Part shown: positions 47,030 to 60,650 of the stretch, one piece after another
Numbering within the stretch: position 1 is the stretch's first letter
How the letters are laid out: every line of letters starts with the position of its first letter
NCBI RefSeq assembly: GCF_963921235.1
Contig: NC_086109.1
Location: 21,454,001 to 21,518,000, forward strand
Direction: 5' to 3'
DNA length: 64,000 nt
Origin: Mobula hypostoma
Lineage: Eukaryota
Translations under genes and position numbers: made by a program
Notes under the pieces: model-generated
The model's input: the letters and a program-made list of their open reading frames with translations, nothing else
Databases searched by the model: none
Told to the model about the DNA's origin: nothing

Positions 47030-50000
47030 AGTTTGAAGTTCAAAGTAAATATATTATCAAAGTGTATATATGTCACCATATACAACAATGTTCCATTTTC
47101 TTGTGGGCATCCTCATTAAGTCCATAATAAAATCATATTAGAACCAATGAAAAACTGCACCAACTTGGATATTCAACCAAAGTGTAAAAGACAACCAACT
47201 GTGCAAATGCAAGAAAGAAATAATAATATAATAAACATGTAAGCAATAAATATTGATAACATGAAATGAAAAGTCCTTGAATATGAGTCCACAGGTTGTG
47301 GGAACATTTCAATGATGGGGCAAGTGAAGTTATCCCATTTGATTCAAGAACCTAATGGTTGAGGGGTAATACTGTTTCTGAACCTGGTGGTGTGAGTCCT
47401 GAGGACTCTGTACCTTCTTCTTGATAGCAGCAGTAAGAAGAGAGCATGACTTGGGTGGTGGGGGTCCTGATAATGAATGCCACTTTCCTGCGACAATGCT
47501 CCATGTCGATGTGCTCAATGGCGGGGAGGGCTTTGCCCACGATGGACTGGGCCAAATCCACTACTTTTTGAAGGATGTTTCATTCCAGGGTATTATTGTT
47601 TCCATATCAGGCTCTGATGCAGCCAGTCAATATACACATACACTTCTATAGAAGTCTGTCAAAGTTTTAGATGTCATGCCGAATCTGCGCAGAATCCTAA
47701 GAGAGTAGAGTTGCTACCGTGCTGTCTTCATAATTGCACTTACATGTTGGGCCCAGAACAGGTCCTCCAAAATAAAACACTGAGGAATTTAAAGTTCGTG
47801 ACTCTCTCCACCTCTGATCCTCCGACAAGGACTGGCTCACGGTCCTTTGGTGTCCTCCTCTTGATGTTAATAATCAGCTCTTTGGTCTTGCTGGCATTGA
47901 GTAAGTTTGTTGTTACTACACCACTCAGCCAGATTTTCAAGTTCCCTCCTATATGTTGATTTATCACCATCTTTGATTTGACATACAACAGTGGTGTCAT
48001 CAGCAAACTTGAACGTGGCATTGGAGCTGTGCTTAGCCACACAGTCATAAGGCTAAGGTAAGTAGAGCAAGGAGCTAAGCACACAGCTCTATGGTGCACG
48101 TGCGCTGATGGAAATTGTGGAGGAGATGTTGTTGCCAATCTAAACTGTTTGGGGTTTGCAAGTCAGGAAACCGAGGATCCAACTGCACAAGGAGATATTG
48201 AGGCCAAGGTTTTGAAGCTTATTGATTAGTTTTGAGGAGATAATCATATTGAATGTCAAGCTGTAGTTGATGTTTTTGCCGTTCAGATACTCTAGGGGTG
48301 ACTGTGGAGTCAATGAGATGGCATCTGCTGTGGACCTGTTGCTCCTGTAGACAAATTGGAATGAATCCAAGTCATTTCTCAGGCACGAGTTGATAAATTT
48401 CATCACCAACCTCTCAAAACATTTCATTACTGTGAATGTAAGTGTGAATGGACAATAGCTAATGAGGCAGGTTATCACACTTTTCTTAAGCATCAGTATA
48501 ATTGAAGCCTCCTTAAAGTAGGTGAGTACTTCAGACTGCTGAAGCAAGAGGTTAAGTTTCTTAGTGAACTCTCCAGGCAGTAGATCAACACGGGTCTTTA
48601 GTACTTGGCTGGATGCTTTTCGTGGTTTCACCCTCCTGAAGGCTGCTTGTATGGTGGTCTCAGAGATTGAAATCATAGTATCATCAGGGGCTGTGGTAGT
48701 TTGTGATAGTTCCTCCATGTTCAAATGTGTTCAGGAAAGTTTTCTAAATCAATATATAGAGGTACCAAATAGAGGGGATGCAATATTAGATCTCCTATTA
48801 GGAAACGAGTTAGGACAAGTGATGGAAGTGTGTGTAGGGGAGCACTTTGGTTCCAGTGATCATAACACCATTAGTTTCAACTTGATCATGGATAAAGATA
48901 GATCTGATCCTAGGGTTGAGGTTCTAAACTGGAAGAAGGCCAAATTTGAAGAAATGAGAAAGGATCTAAAAAGCCTGGATTGGAACAGGTTATTCTCTGG
49001 CAAGGATGTGATCGGTAAGTGGGAAGCCTTCAAAGGGGAAATTTTGAGAGTGCAGAGCTTGTATGTTCCTGTCAGGATTAAAGGCAAAGTGAATAGGAAT
49101 AAGGAACCCTGGTACTCAAGGGATATTGCAACTCTGATAAAGAAGAGGAGAGAGTTATATGACATGTATAGGAAACAGGGAGTAAATAAGGTGCTTGAGG
49201 AGTATAAAAAGTGCAAGAAAATACTTAAGAAGGAAATCAGGAGGGCTAAAAGAAGACATGAGGTTGCCTTGGCGTCAAAGTGAAGGATAATCCAAAGAGC
49301 TTTTACAGGTATATTAAGAGTAAAAGGATTGTAAGGGATAAAATTGTTCCTCTTGAAGATCAGGGTGGTCGGCTATGTGCGGAACCAAAAGAAATGGGGG
49401 AGATCTTAAATAGGTTTTTTGCATCTGTATTTACTAAGGAAACTGGCATGAAGTCTATGGAATTAAGGGAAACAAGTAATGAGATCATGGAAACTGTACA
49501 GATTGAAAAGGAGGAGGTGCTTGTCATCTTGAGGCAAATTAAAGTGGATAAATTCCCAGGACCTGACAGGGTATTCCCTCGGACCTTGACGGAGACTAGT
49601 GTTGAAATTGCAGGGGCCTTGACAGATACATTTTAAATGTCGGTGTCTATGGGTGAGGTGCCGGAGGATTGGAGAATGGCTCATGTTGTTCCATTGTTTA
49701 AAAAAGGATCGAAAAGTAATCCGGGAAATTATAGGCCGGTAAGTTTGACGTCGGTAGTGGGTAAGTTATTGGAGGGAGTACTAAGAGACAGAATCTACAA
49801 GCATTTGGATAGACAGGGACTTATTAGGAAGAGTCAACATGGCTTTGTGTGTGGTAGGTCATGTTTGACCAATCTATTGGAGTTTTTCGAGGAGTTTACC
49901 AGGAAAGTGGATGAAGGGAAGGCAGTGGATGTTGTCTACATGGACTTCAGTAAGGCCTTTGACAAGGTCCCGCATGGGAGGTTAGTTAGGAAAATTCAGT

Positions 50001-51930
50001 CGCTAGGTATACATGGAGAGGTGGTAAATTGGATTAGACATTGGCTCAATGGAAGAAGCCAAAGAGTGGTAGTAAAGGATTGCTTCTCAGAGTGGAGGCC
50101 TGTGACTAGTGTTGTGCCACAGGGATCATTGCTAGGTCCATTGTTATTTGTCATCTATATCAATGATCTGGATGATAATGTGGTAAACTGAATCAGCAAA
50201 TTTGCTGATGATACAAAGATTGGAGGTGTAGTGGACAGTGAGGAAGGTTTTCAAAGCTTGCAGAGGGATTTGGACCAGCTGCAAAAATGGGCTGAAAAAT
50301 GGCAGATGGAGTTTAATACAGACAAGTGTGAGGCATTGCACTTTGGAAGGACAAACCAACGTAGAACATACAGGGTTAATGGTAAGGCACTGACGAGTGC
50401 AGTAGAACAGAGGCACCTGGGAATACAGATACAAAATTCCCTAAAAGTGTCGTCACAGGTAGATAGGGTTGTAAAGAGAGCTTTTTGTACATTGGTCTTT
50501 ATTAATGAAAGTATTGAGTATAAGAGTTGGAATGTTACGATGAGGTTGTATAGGAATCTCGAGTACTGCGTTCAGTTTTGGTCACTAAATTACAGGAAGG
50601 ATATTAGTAAGGTTGAAAGAGTGCAGAGAAGGTTTACAAGGATGTTGCTGGGACTTGAGAAACTCAGTACAGAGAAAGGTTGAATAGTTTAGGACTTCAT
50701 TCCCTGGAGCATAGAAGAATGAGGGGAGATTTGATAGAGGTATATTAAATTATGATGGGTATAGATAGAATGAATGCAAGCAGGCTTTTTCCACTGAGGC
50801 TAGGGGAGAAAAAAAACCCAGAGGACATGGGTTAAGGGTGAAGGGGGAGAAGTTTAAAGGGAACATTAGGGGGGGCTTCTGCACACAGAGAGTGGTGGAA
50901 GTGTGGAATGAGCTGCCAGACGAGGTGTTAAATGTGGGTTCTTTTTTAACATTTAAGAATAAGTTGGACAGATACATGGATGGGAAGTGTATGGAGGGAT
51001 ATGGTCCGTGTGCAGGTGAGTGGGACTAGGCAGAAAATGATTCAGCACAGCCAAGAAGGGCCAAAAGGCCTGTTTCTGTGCTGTAGTTTTTCTATGGTTT
51101 CTATGTTTTTAAGGTCAAAGCGAGCTATATATCACTTGATTTAATTTTATTTGAGGTGATAATATTCAACCCTGCACCCTTTGTCGATTCAAGTTTAGTC
51201 TGGAAAAGCCATTTCACCTGTGGGATGGCTTTCCAGAGATCATAACTGGACCCCTTGTAACTTTCTTGGTCACCAGACTTGAATGCCTCTGATCGGACCC
51301 TCAGCAGATCGTGGATCACGTGGTTCCTCCAGGGTTTCTGGATGGGGAAGATTCTGAGTGGGGTCACACTTGTCTACAACTGTTTTAATAAAGTCTGTAA
51401 CAACCATGGCATATTCATTCAGCTGCATGGAAGAGTTCTTGAATACTGACTCGAAGCTATCCCATAACCGCTCCTCTGCCTCCGCACAGAGTTTATCATG
51501 AACACACAAACCTCCACCTTTTGCCTTTTCTGGATCAGTAGATCAGTCCATCCTGTGAACAGAGCAGATTTTGGGTCTAATTGCCATATCTGGCATGATG
51601 GGAGCAAGCCACGTCGTGGTCAAACATAGAACACAACACTCTCTCATTTCCCTCCGATACAGCAATCGTGTCCTCGGGTCCTCAATTTTGTTCTCCAGTG
51701 ACTGCACGTTTCCTGACAAAATGCTGGGTAGAGAGGGTCTCATTCCTTTCACTTGGACTCCATCCCTCCTGCCTCACCTCCAACAATGGCTATGAACCTT
51801 TGTGCGCTTAAAGGTGCATACTTGCTTGATCTGCCAAGTCCTTCATAAGATCGTGAAATCTATAGATCATTAAGTCAAGTTAAAGGTCCATTGCTTACAG
51901 GGAAATCACATGCTGCAGATTGCAGTGAAA
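47030..51930 (-). mobile_element. Rex1/Babar-like LINE with internal deletions, split by a CR1
   Basis: APE N-terminus PSILSGNVQSLENKIED...RECCVLCLTTTWL (51543..51752); RT VMKCFERLV...NRSTADAI (48140..48724); 3' ORF end and UTR to ~47030. Confidence 0.85.
48722..51106 (+). mobile_element. CR1 LINE, same subfamily as 16030-18535, disabled
   Basis: ORF pieces from 48722 to 51029 closely match the first copy; several frameshifts and stops; TTTCTATG tail. Confidence 0.95.
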
Positions 51931-52729
51931 GTAATTCAAGAATGTTGATGAAGGGAACACAATAGATATAGTCTAAATGGATTTTAAGAAAGCGTTGACA
52001 AAGTTCCACATAAAAGTTTGGATCTGATGGATTGAATCTGATGGAAAAAACATTCTGAAATTAGCTTAGATTAAAAAATTGACACAAGGAGAGTAAATAT
52101 GTTGTTTGGTATGTTTTTATGTTCAAGCTAAGGAGCAGTGTTACTTAAGGGTCAATGGTGGAACCACATTGATATATGGAGACAGGAGAGACTGCAGAAT
52201 TTGAAGAAACTAACAACCTATCCAAGGATTTAAGCAGGTCGAGATTTACGTGGAAGGAAGAGAATTAACAATATTTTGTGTTAGGACCCTGCATCAGGAC
52301 TGCAAGTGGAGAGAGACTGGTAGTATTTATGAGGAGAGGGTAAGGAATGAAACAGAGACCTATAGGTGGACCAAGGAGGGGTGAAGGATGAAGGACAAAC
52401 AGAGTCTGGTGGCAGGAAGGGAGGATGAAACTGGAAACAGCTGCTGGAGGTGATAAGTGAAAGCACAAAGGCCACCACTGCTGGAACCTGACAGGTAAAG
52501 GCAAGGACAGATAAAGAGCAAATGGAACCAGGTGAAAAGGGATTTGGTGGGTGAAAGAGCAGTTTATAGGTGGATGGAAACAGTGAGCGGAGGAGGACAG
52601 GAATAAATGATGGATGGCTGGAGGTAGGTATGAAAAAAGAGAAAAATGTGAGGTACAGTATGGCTTTAAAGTCATTTTATGAATTCTACCCCATCTAAGC
52701 CCCATGTATTAAGGCAATCCCTGTCGATT

Positions 52730-52950
52730 TGAGGGGCAGTATAGTAACATAGTGGTAATGTTACTAGTGTGCTAGCAGCTAGGGTTTAGTTCCACTGCTG
52801 TCTGTAAGGAATTTGTATATCCCTCTCACGACCATGTGGGTTTCTTCTGGGTGCTCTGGATTCCACCCACATTCCCCAGATGTATGGCTCACTTAGGCGG
52901 CGTGGTCTCATTGGGTTGGAAGGGCCTGTTACTGCACTGTATCTTGAAAA
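52730..52950 (+). mobile_element. V-SINE / HE1-like SINE
   Basis: tRNA-like head plus V-domain. Confidence 0.65.
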
Positions 52951-53791
52951 TAAAGTTATAAAAAAGTTAAATTCCCTCAGTACTACAACCATATTGTGTT
53001 TACTTCCTGAAATAGTCATGACTAATTTCTAGCATTTCTGTCATGTTGCATTTTTTAGCTTGGCTTTTTACCTCTGTGAAGAACTACCTAGAATTCCAAT
53101 CTTGGGAATGGTGCCATTCATTAGTAATCAGAGCTGGAACTGATTTTGCATTGATCACTGTGTGTTTATGTGTTAGATAAATATTGAACTGGAAACTGAT
53201 TGATAGTTTTTTTTTGCACCGTCTGTGTGCACTCATTTAGCTTTCAAATATTTAATGGAAATTTTTAATTGGAAAAGGAATGAAAAGCGAATGCACTTAA
53301 CTGATTTCCTAATAGTCTCAGCAGCTCAAATTGCAGTCACTCATTCAACAGTTGGTTAGCTTTCCTGCTTTTAGATTTGAAGAGCACGTGCAAGGATTTA
53401 AATTTAGGAATCCCTTTAGCCATACAAGAAGATGCTTTCTTGTCTCAGTCATTGTTCTATTATTTTAGAAGTCATGTTAACACAAACCTCCAGGCAATTG
53501 GACAATGTCAGAGTGGTAAGAACCTTCTTCTCCATCCAGCCAGTCACATATCATTGTAATGTCTTCGTTTCCCATAAATACAATCTCAGCCCCACCCAAA
53601 ACATATGAAGGAGGCAAAAAACTATGTATATAAAGCAGCCAAACTAATTAGGTGAAAATAAAATCTGGAACCTTTTCCTGCATAAAGACCCTCCCCATCT
53701 GGGACATGCCATCTTCTCATTAATACCCTCAGGGAGGAGGTACGGGAGCCTCAATATTTTCAGTATAGTTTGAGAAAACACTCAATGTTTT

Positions 53792-55192
53792 CTTTTTTTT
53801 TGTTATTTATTTTTTATTGAAGTTTTGTTTTTAGATTATGAGGACACTCAGTCCTCGTTTATTGTCATTTAGAAATGACTGCATTAAAAAATGATACAAT
53901 GTTCCTCCGGTATGATATCACAGAAACACAAGACAGACCAAGACTAAAACTGACAAAGCCACATAATTATAACATGTAGTTACAACAGTGCAAAGCTATA
54001 CTGTAATTTGATAAGAGCAGACCATGGGCATGGTAAAAAAAAAAGTCTCGAAGTCCGGATGGCCCCAACATCTCAAGTGGACGGTAGAAGGAAAAAACTC
54101 TCCCTGCCATGAGCTTCCAGCACCGCAAACTTGCCGATGCAGCATCCTGGAAGCACTCGACCACAGTCCGACTCTGAGTCATCCGAAAACTTTGAGCCTC
54201 CGACCAGCCCTCTGACACCGAGCATCATCTCTGCCAAGCGCTTCGACCCCAGCCCCAGCTGCCAAGCAACAGGCAAAACCGAGGATTCGGGGCCTTCCCC
54301 TCTGGAGATTTCGGATCACACAGGAGCAGCGGCAGCAAAGCAGGCATTTCGGAAGTTTCACCGGATGTTCCTCCATGCTCTCACGTATGCCTCCATCAAA
54401 TCAGAATTGTGCACGGCCTCCTACTTGACAGATTACAGATATTCATCACCAGAGAGGCCACACGTGCTGCGTCACGCCGCCATCTTCTCCTCCTCCTTTG
54501 ATGAAGATCATCATCAAATAAACATTTCCATAAGATGTATTTCAGATATTGTACATATATATCATATAATCATATTTGCCACAAATCACCACATAATATT
54601 TATCTGAGGTATACACCTATAGAAAAGAGAGGAAAGAAAGAACAAGCAAAGGGAGAAAACTATGTACAAGAAGGGAGTGATTCTTATTTTTTACAACATA
54701 TTGATTTGTGAGAATGAAATCAGGCCTATGAGGTGTTATGTATTTGAACCATTTTTCCCAGTATGAATCAAATTGTTCCAATTTAAGATTAACAGATGCT
54801 GTTACCTTCTCCATTTTGTAAATGTCCATTGTAACTTCGATCCATGCATTTAAAGATGGGCTCTCCTGTGATAACCATTTCCTAGTAAGAGTCTTTTTAC
54901 CAGCCACCAGCAGTATATTCATTAAATATTTATCTCTTTTCAACCATTCTGGAGGTACACACCCAAAATATATGGTCTTACTTTCTAAGGGTATTTCACA
55001 TTTTAAAATGTCTTGTAGGGCATTGTGTATCCCACTCCAATAGTCTTTGATAATGGGGCAATCCCAGAAAATATGATAATGGTTGCATTTTGATTTCCAC
55101 AATGTCTCCTGCAAACAGGGAGGTTACTATCATAATGGGATTTCTGAGAGGGTGTAATAAAATATCTTATCAAGTTTTTCCATCCAAACTAC
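53792..55192 (-). mobile_element. 5'-truncated L1 (fish type), nested in a Rex1 3' end
   Basis: ORF 54617..55114 HIFWDCPII..YW...KKTLTRKW...W...YKMEK (L1 ORF2 C-terminus); A-rich tail at 53792-53820; TSD-like CTCAATGTTTT 53781-53791 / CTCAATTTTTT 55193-55203. Confidence 0.8.
53831..54496 (-). mobile_element. Full copy of the ~660 bp non-autonomous retroposon
   Basis: Starts GGAGGAGGAGAAGATGGCGGCG and ends with a stem-loop plus ATAATCTAA; inserted in the L1 tail. Confidence 0.85.
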
Positions 55193-56464
55193 CTCAATTT
55201 TTTCAATATAGCTTCTTCCCCTCTACCTTTAGAGTTCTGAATTGACAATGAACCCATAACACTACCTGAATATTCGTCTTTTGCACTATTTATCTATTTT
55301 GTGTCTTGTAGCAATTTTTTTATTATTGCACTGTTCTGCTGCAGCAAAACAACAAGTTTCATGACGTATGTCAGTGGTAATAAACCTGACTTTGTTACTG
55401 ATTCTGACAAGTACCATTCACATTGATGAGTTCAAAAAAACTTGGTGCTTTACAGAGAGTCATGATGCATTTAAAACAGTGCAATGGCACTCTATGATGC
55501 TTTAAATTGCCATATATTCACTCACTCACATTCAGTCCCTGAACAAACACACACATTGACTTAGGATATTCATTTTCCTCTTTTTATTAATCTCTCTTTC
55601 TTAAAAAATGGATAGAATTTCAAACACTTGTACATTCAGACCCTCATGGATGTACACAAATGAGTACAACACACACATGAACCACAGAGAGTTACACATG
55701 AGAGTTTATACTCACATGTAGAGACCAGGTAGAGTTACACTTGGTCATACGTCTACGTATGCATGATGCTGATCACAGCAACCCAGATGAAAAGGTGATA
55801 CACAATTTTATAAACTGATCTATTTTTCACAATGCGACATGAAATTGTTAGCACTCCTGACACAAATTAATTACAAAAATGACCTTAAAGTCCCCAGCGT
55901 GATTTGTGCAGAAGAACTTAACACTTTTCTATGTCTAATGCCAAGCCCATCAACCACCAGGGACAGACTGGATATTAGACTTTCCTTGATAATGTAAATT
56001 CTATTTGGGCAACAGGTGTGAAGATAATTTAATTTAAAATGCAATAATTATCTTGGGTTATATTTAGTTTTACTTTAATTCACAGAGCAGATATGAACAA
56101 ACTTTAATTGCTCTGTACAGTTATTTTTTCTGTCTCTACTTGCATGTTCAACCAGAGATCTGTTACTCAGGATGTCTCTTCACCTCAATCCCATCTTGTT
56201 TCTTTCTCTCACACCCCCACCCTCTCTCTCTCCCTCTCTCTCTTTGTTATCTCTATTTTCCTGTAACAATGCATTATCTCTGTTTTCTCCCTTTCTCTAT
56301 TTCCCCCTCACATTCTCTTACATGTTCTTTTCCAAATCTGTTTACTCCTCTCTTTTCCCTAGGCTTACTTTCACTCTTTATATTTTTTTCTGCTTCTATT
56401 TTAGTTTTCTGTTTTATTGCTCTTCTGTGTCACTGTTGCTTTTCTACCCATCTCAGATTCCCTC

Positions 56465-56605
56465 TAACAGTTAGTCCTGACAAAGGGTCTTGGCCCGAAA
56501 CGTCGACTGTACCTCTTCCTAGAGATGCTGCCTGGCCTGCTGTGTTCACCAGCAAATTTGATGTGTGTTGCTTGAATTTCCAGCATCTGCAGAATTCCTC
56601 ATGTT
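56465..56605 (+). mobile_element. Penelope pLTR fragment; hammerhead with G8>A change
   Basis: AGTC-CTGACAA-AGGGTCTTGGCCC-GAAAC-GTC-GACT at 56473-56508. Confidence 0.85.
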
Positions 56606-57428
56606 CAGATTCCCTCTATTTATGTTTTCTTTTTCTGTATTCTACAAGTAAAAAAATATTTCTTTCAGATTCACTCTAGATACTTCAAATATAAATATTA
56701 CCTTGCTATGGTATGTTACTGAGGGAATGCAGCACTATGAGAAGTTCTGCTTTTTAGTGATGTGCAGATCATACAGCAGAATATGAGATCAATAGTTAAA
56801 TTCCTTAAACAACTGTGGCAAAAAACAACAGAATATGTGTATAGCTCTGCCACTGCATTATATAACTACATTTGGATTGTAAAGAGAATGTGAAAGAACT
56901 GATAGGTTTTTTCTTTATCTATACATTTTAATATAATTTCTATACATTGTTTTCCTCTCTCTCCAGTTTGATAGTGACGTGTTCTAGATCCAGGTCTTTT
57001 CCTATCTTAGACATCACTTCTTTCCTGTTGAGGAGTAAATTTCAGCATACATCTGATCATATCACCAAATTACCTAAAAATTTCTCATCACAAAATTGAG
57101 TTGCATTTTGACAGAATAATGTGTGAAAGGCATATGATTTACCAATCTACTCCAGCCAGCTAGTTCCTAGTTTCATAGTTTCTGATGTATAAATTGAAAG
57201 ATATGGTTTCATGTTTAACATCATTTTTAAACTTAATATGAATTCTATCATATTACCCTTCCCACGCAATTATTAATTAATCCTTTGTTAAGATACAATA
57301 TAAGATCCAGAATAGCCTGTTCTTGGTAGTCTATATCCATGACATATTAATCTGGAATTCCATCTAAAGTACATTCCAGGAACTCAAGGAACTGCTAAGA
57401 ACATGAGCAAAGAACAAAGGCTATAGGA

Positions 57429-58350
57429 CGCTCAGTGTCCACTTTATTAGGTCCAACTGCATACCTCAGTGGTCCCCAACCTCCGGGCCGTGGAGCAATA
57501 CCGATCCGCGAAGCATGCAGGGGTGCTGCGGTAGTAGGAATGCACCCAGCACATCGTTAAGAAAAAAGCTGAAATAAACTAGTTAATTAATTAGGTGCCG
57601 CCCGGCACGTAAATGTTGGCCCAGATCAGAGGCGGGGCGGCACCTAATGAATTAGCTTGTTTATTTCAGCTTTTTTCTTAAAGATGTGCCGGGTGCGTCC
57701 CGACTACTGCGGCACCTAATGAATTAGCTTGTTTATTTCAGCTTTTTTCTTAAAGATGTGCCGGGTGCGTCCCGACTACTGCGGCACCCCTGCAGGCTTC
57801 GCGGATTGGTATTGGTCCACGGCCCGGAAGTTGGGGACCACTGGTATACCTGTTTGTTAATGCAAATACCTAATCAACCAATCATGTGGCAGTAACCCCA
57901 TGCATAAAAACCTGCAGACATGTTCAAAAGATTCAGTTGTTCAGTCCAAACATCAGAATGGGGAAGAAATGTGATCTAAGTGACTTTGACTGTTGTATGG
58001 TTGTTGGTGCCAGATGGGGTGGCTTGAGTATTTCAGAAACTGCTAATCTCCTGGAATTTTCACACACAACAGTCTCTAGAATTTACAGAGAGGGGTACAA
58101 GAAACAAAACACATCCATTGAGAAGCAGTTCTGTGGGTGAAAATGCCTTGTTAATGAGTAAGGTTCAGAGGACAATGGCCAGACTGGTTCAAGCTGACAA
58201 GTAGGCAATAACAGTTCAAATAAGCAGGCGTTGCAACAGTGGTGTGTAGACGAGCATCTCTGAATGCACAACATATTGAACATTGAAGTGGATGGGCTAC
58301 AGCAGCAGAAGATCACAAACAGGAGGTACCTAATAAAATGGCCACAAGTG
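57429..58350 (+). mobile_element. Internally deleted Tc1-like transposon (same family as 22376)
   Basis: TIR remnants at both ends; ORF 57886 MGKKCDLSDFD..MVVGAR.GGLSISETANLL.FS.TTVSRIYRE. Confidence 0.85.
57467..57843. mobile_element. hAT (Charlie-like) palindromic MITE
   Basis: TIR CAGTGGTCCCCAAC / GTTGGGGACCACTG; 8 bp TSD GCATACCT / GTATACCT. Confidence 0.9.
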
Positions 58351-59439
58351 TAGATCACCACTCAAGAGATAGCAATGTATCTGTTCAAGCTACTCCACTA
58401 TACTTATAACACTGATACCATCAATAAGGCATAAATTTGCTCAGACATGCCCTGTTCAGGGCAAATACTGTACATTCAAGCTAATAATTGTTCAATCATC
58501 AGCCAAATGATGGAATTTGTCTTCACCAATGCCATCAGCTAAAGTCAAAGTCAAAGTTAACTTTATGGTCACATGCCCAAATATATGTATGCACAGGTGT
58601 CATGAAAAACTTCTTGCAGTAGCAGCACAGTACATAGCGTCACATAAGCAGCATTTGCAAGTGAAACACAAGTTATATGTAATTGTACCTAATTTTAACA
58701 AGAAAGAATACACTTAGACCACAATAAGTCTATTTTAGTGCAGATGGATCAAAATGTTCATAGAGTTGTAAACTCTGGTGTAGTGTATGGTCTTTACTCA
58801 CCATGACGTCCTACTAACTATTGCTGAGTTTGAATTTTGCCGGGACCATTAGCTCTGCACCTCATCCAAGACTTATTTCAAATGTGAATCGAAAAGCTGA
58901 ATTTCAAAGACGACGTCAAAGTAGCTTTCCCTGATATCGAAGCAGCATTTGACCAAGTATAGCATCAAAGAACCCTGATAGAATTGGTCAGGAGAAAACC
59001 CTCCAACAGATGAAGTCATATCTTGTGTAAAGAATGATGACTTTTAGTACTGGAAGTCAATTATCTCAGCCCTTGTATGTTACCGCACAAGTTCCTCAGG
59101 GCAGCCTCCAGGCCTAATCACCTCAGCTGCTTCATCAATAACCTTTCTTTCATTGTGAATTGGAAGTGGGGATGTTTGCCAATGACTGCACAGTGCTCAA
59201 TTTAATTTGAAATTCCTCAAAAAGTAAAGCAGCCAAAGCCTGGCTGCAGCATGAACATATTCAGTAATCTGCAGATAAGAGGCAATGAATTCTTGCACTA
59301 TATGTGCCAGATGATGACAATTTCCAACAACAGAACATCTAACCACCTGCTCTTGACATTCATCGGCGTCATCATTACAGTGTTTCCTACTATGAATACG
59401 CATGAAAGACATCATCATTAGTCAGAACCTTAAATGCAC

Positions 59440-60650
59440 CAGTTACATGGAACCACCATGCCCAGGAATGGAAAAAATCTACAAAAAGTGGTAGATACAG
59501 CCCAGTCCATCACAGGCAAAGCCCTCCCCGTCACTGAGCACATTTACAAGGAATGCTACCACAAAAAATCAGCATCCATCATCAAGCACCCCCACCATCC
59601 AGGTCATGCTCTCTTCTCATTACTACCATCAGGCAGGAGGTACAGGAACCTTAGATCCCACAACACCAGGTTCAGGAACAGTTATTACCCTGCAACCACC
59701 AGGCTCCTGGTCTAGTGTGGATGACTTCACTCACTCAACACTGAACTGACTCCACAACCTATAGACTCACTTTCAAGGAGTTTGCAACTCATATTCACAG
59801 TATTATTTCTCGGCTTTTTAAGGAGGAGGAGGAGAAGATGGTGGCGCAACGCAGTGCGTGCGACCTCTCTAGTGCATGATATCTGTAATCTGTCAAGTAG
59901 GGTACCGTGCACAATTCTGATTTGATGGAGACAGATGTGAGAGTACAGAGGAACATCTGGAGAAACTTCTGAAATGCCCGCTTCACTGCCGCTGCTACTG
60001 TGTGGTCCGGAATCTTCGGAGCAGAAGGCCCCGAATCCTTGGCTTTGCTTGTTTCGGCGGCCCGGGCTAGGTCGAAGGCGCTCGGGAGGCTGTATCGGAG
60101 GGGCTGGTCGGAGGCTCGAAGTTTTCGGATGGACGGACTCAGTGTCGGCTGTGGTCAGCTGCTTCCAATGCATCGGCAGTTGTTGGTGTCTGGAGGTTTA
60201 TGGCAGGGAGCTTCTCCATTTTGCTGCCTGCTATCGGGGGTTCGGGAGTCGATCGGGACTTGAGACTTTTTTTTACCGTGCCCATGGTCTGTTCTTTATC
60301 AACTTATGGTATTGTTTTGTACTGCTGTAACTATATGTTATAATTATGTGGTTCTGTCAGTGTTAGTCTTTGGTTTGTCCTGTTTTCTGTGATATCACTC
60401 TGGAGGAACATTATATCATTTCTTAATGCATGTATGCATTTCTAAATGACAATAAAAGAGGACTGAGTGTTCTCATAATCTAAAATTATTTGCACAATTT
60501 GTCATCTTTTGCACATTGGTTGTTTGTTAGTATTCTCTTGCATTTTGTTTTTGTTTTCCTGTAAATGCCTGCAAGAAAATGAATCCCAAGGTAGCATAAC
60601 ATGACATAAAGGTACTTTGATAATAAAGTTACTTTGAACTTTGAACATTA
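59440..60650 (+). mobile_element. Rex1-like 3' end interrupted at 59822-60483
   Basis: ORF 59434..59715 LQKVVDTAQSITG...HPGHALFSLLPSGRRYR; (ACTTTGA)n tail. Confidence 0.85.
59822..60483 (+). mobile_element. Full copy of the ~660 bp non-autonomous retroposon
   Basis: GGAGGAGGAGGAGAAGATGGTGGCG start; 3' stem-loop and ATAATCTAA end. Confidence 0.85.

Noticed and set aside
48564..49283. 239 aa ORF as a novel fusion protein
   Set aside because: It is chance read-through from antisense Rex1 sequence into a 5'-truncated CR1.
56473..56508. Active hammerhead (also copies near 1830, 2840, 5640, 34375, 52280, 63430)
   Set aside because: Each has substitutions in the conserved CUGANGA or GAAA core, so they are treated as inactive relics.
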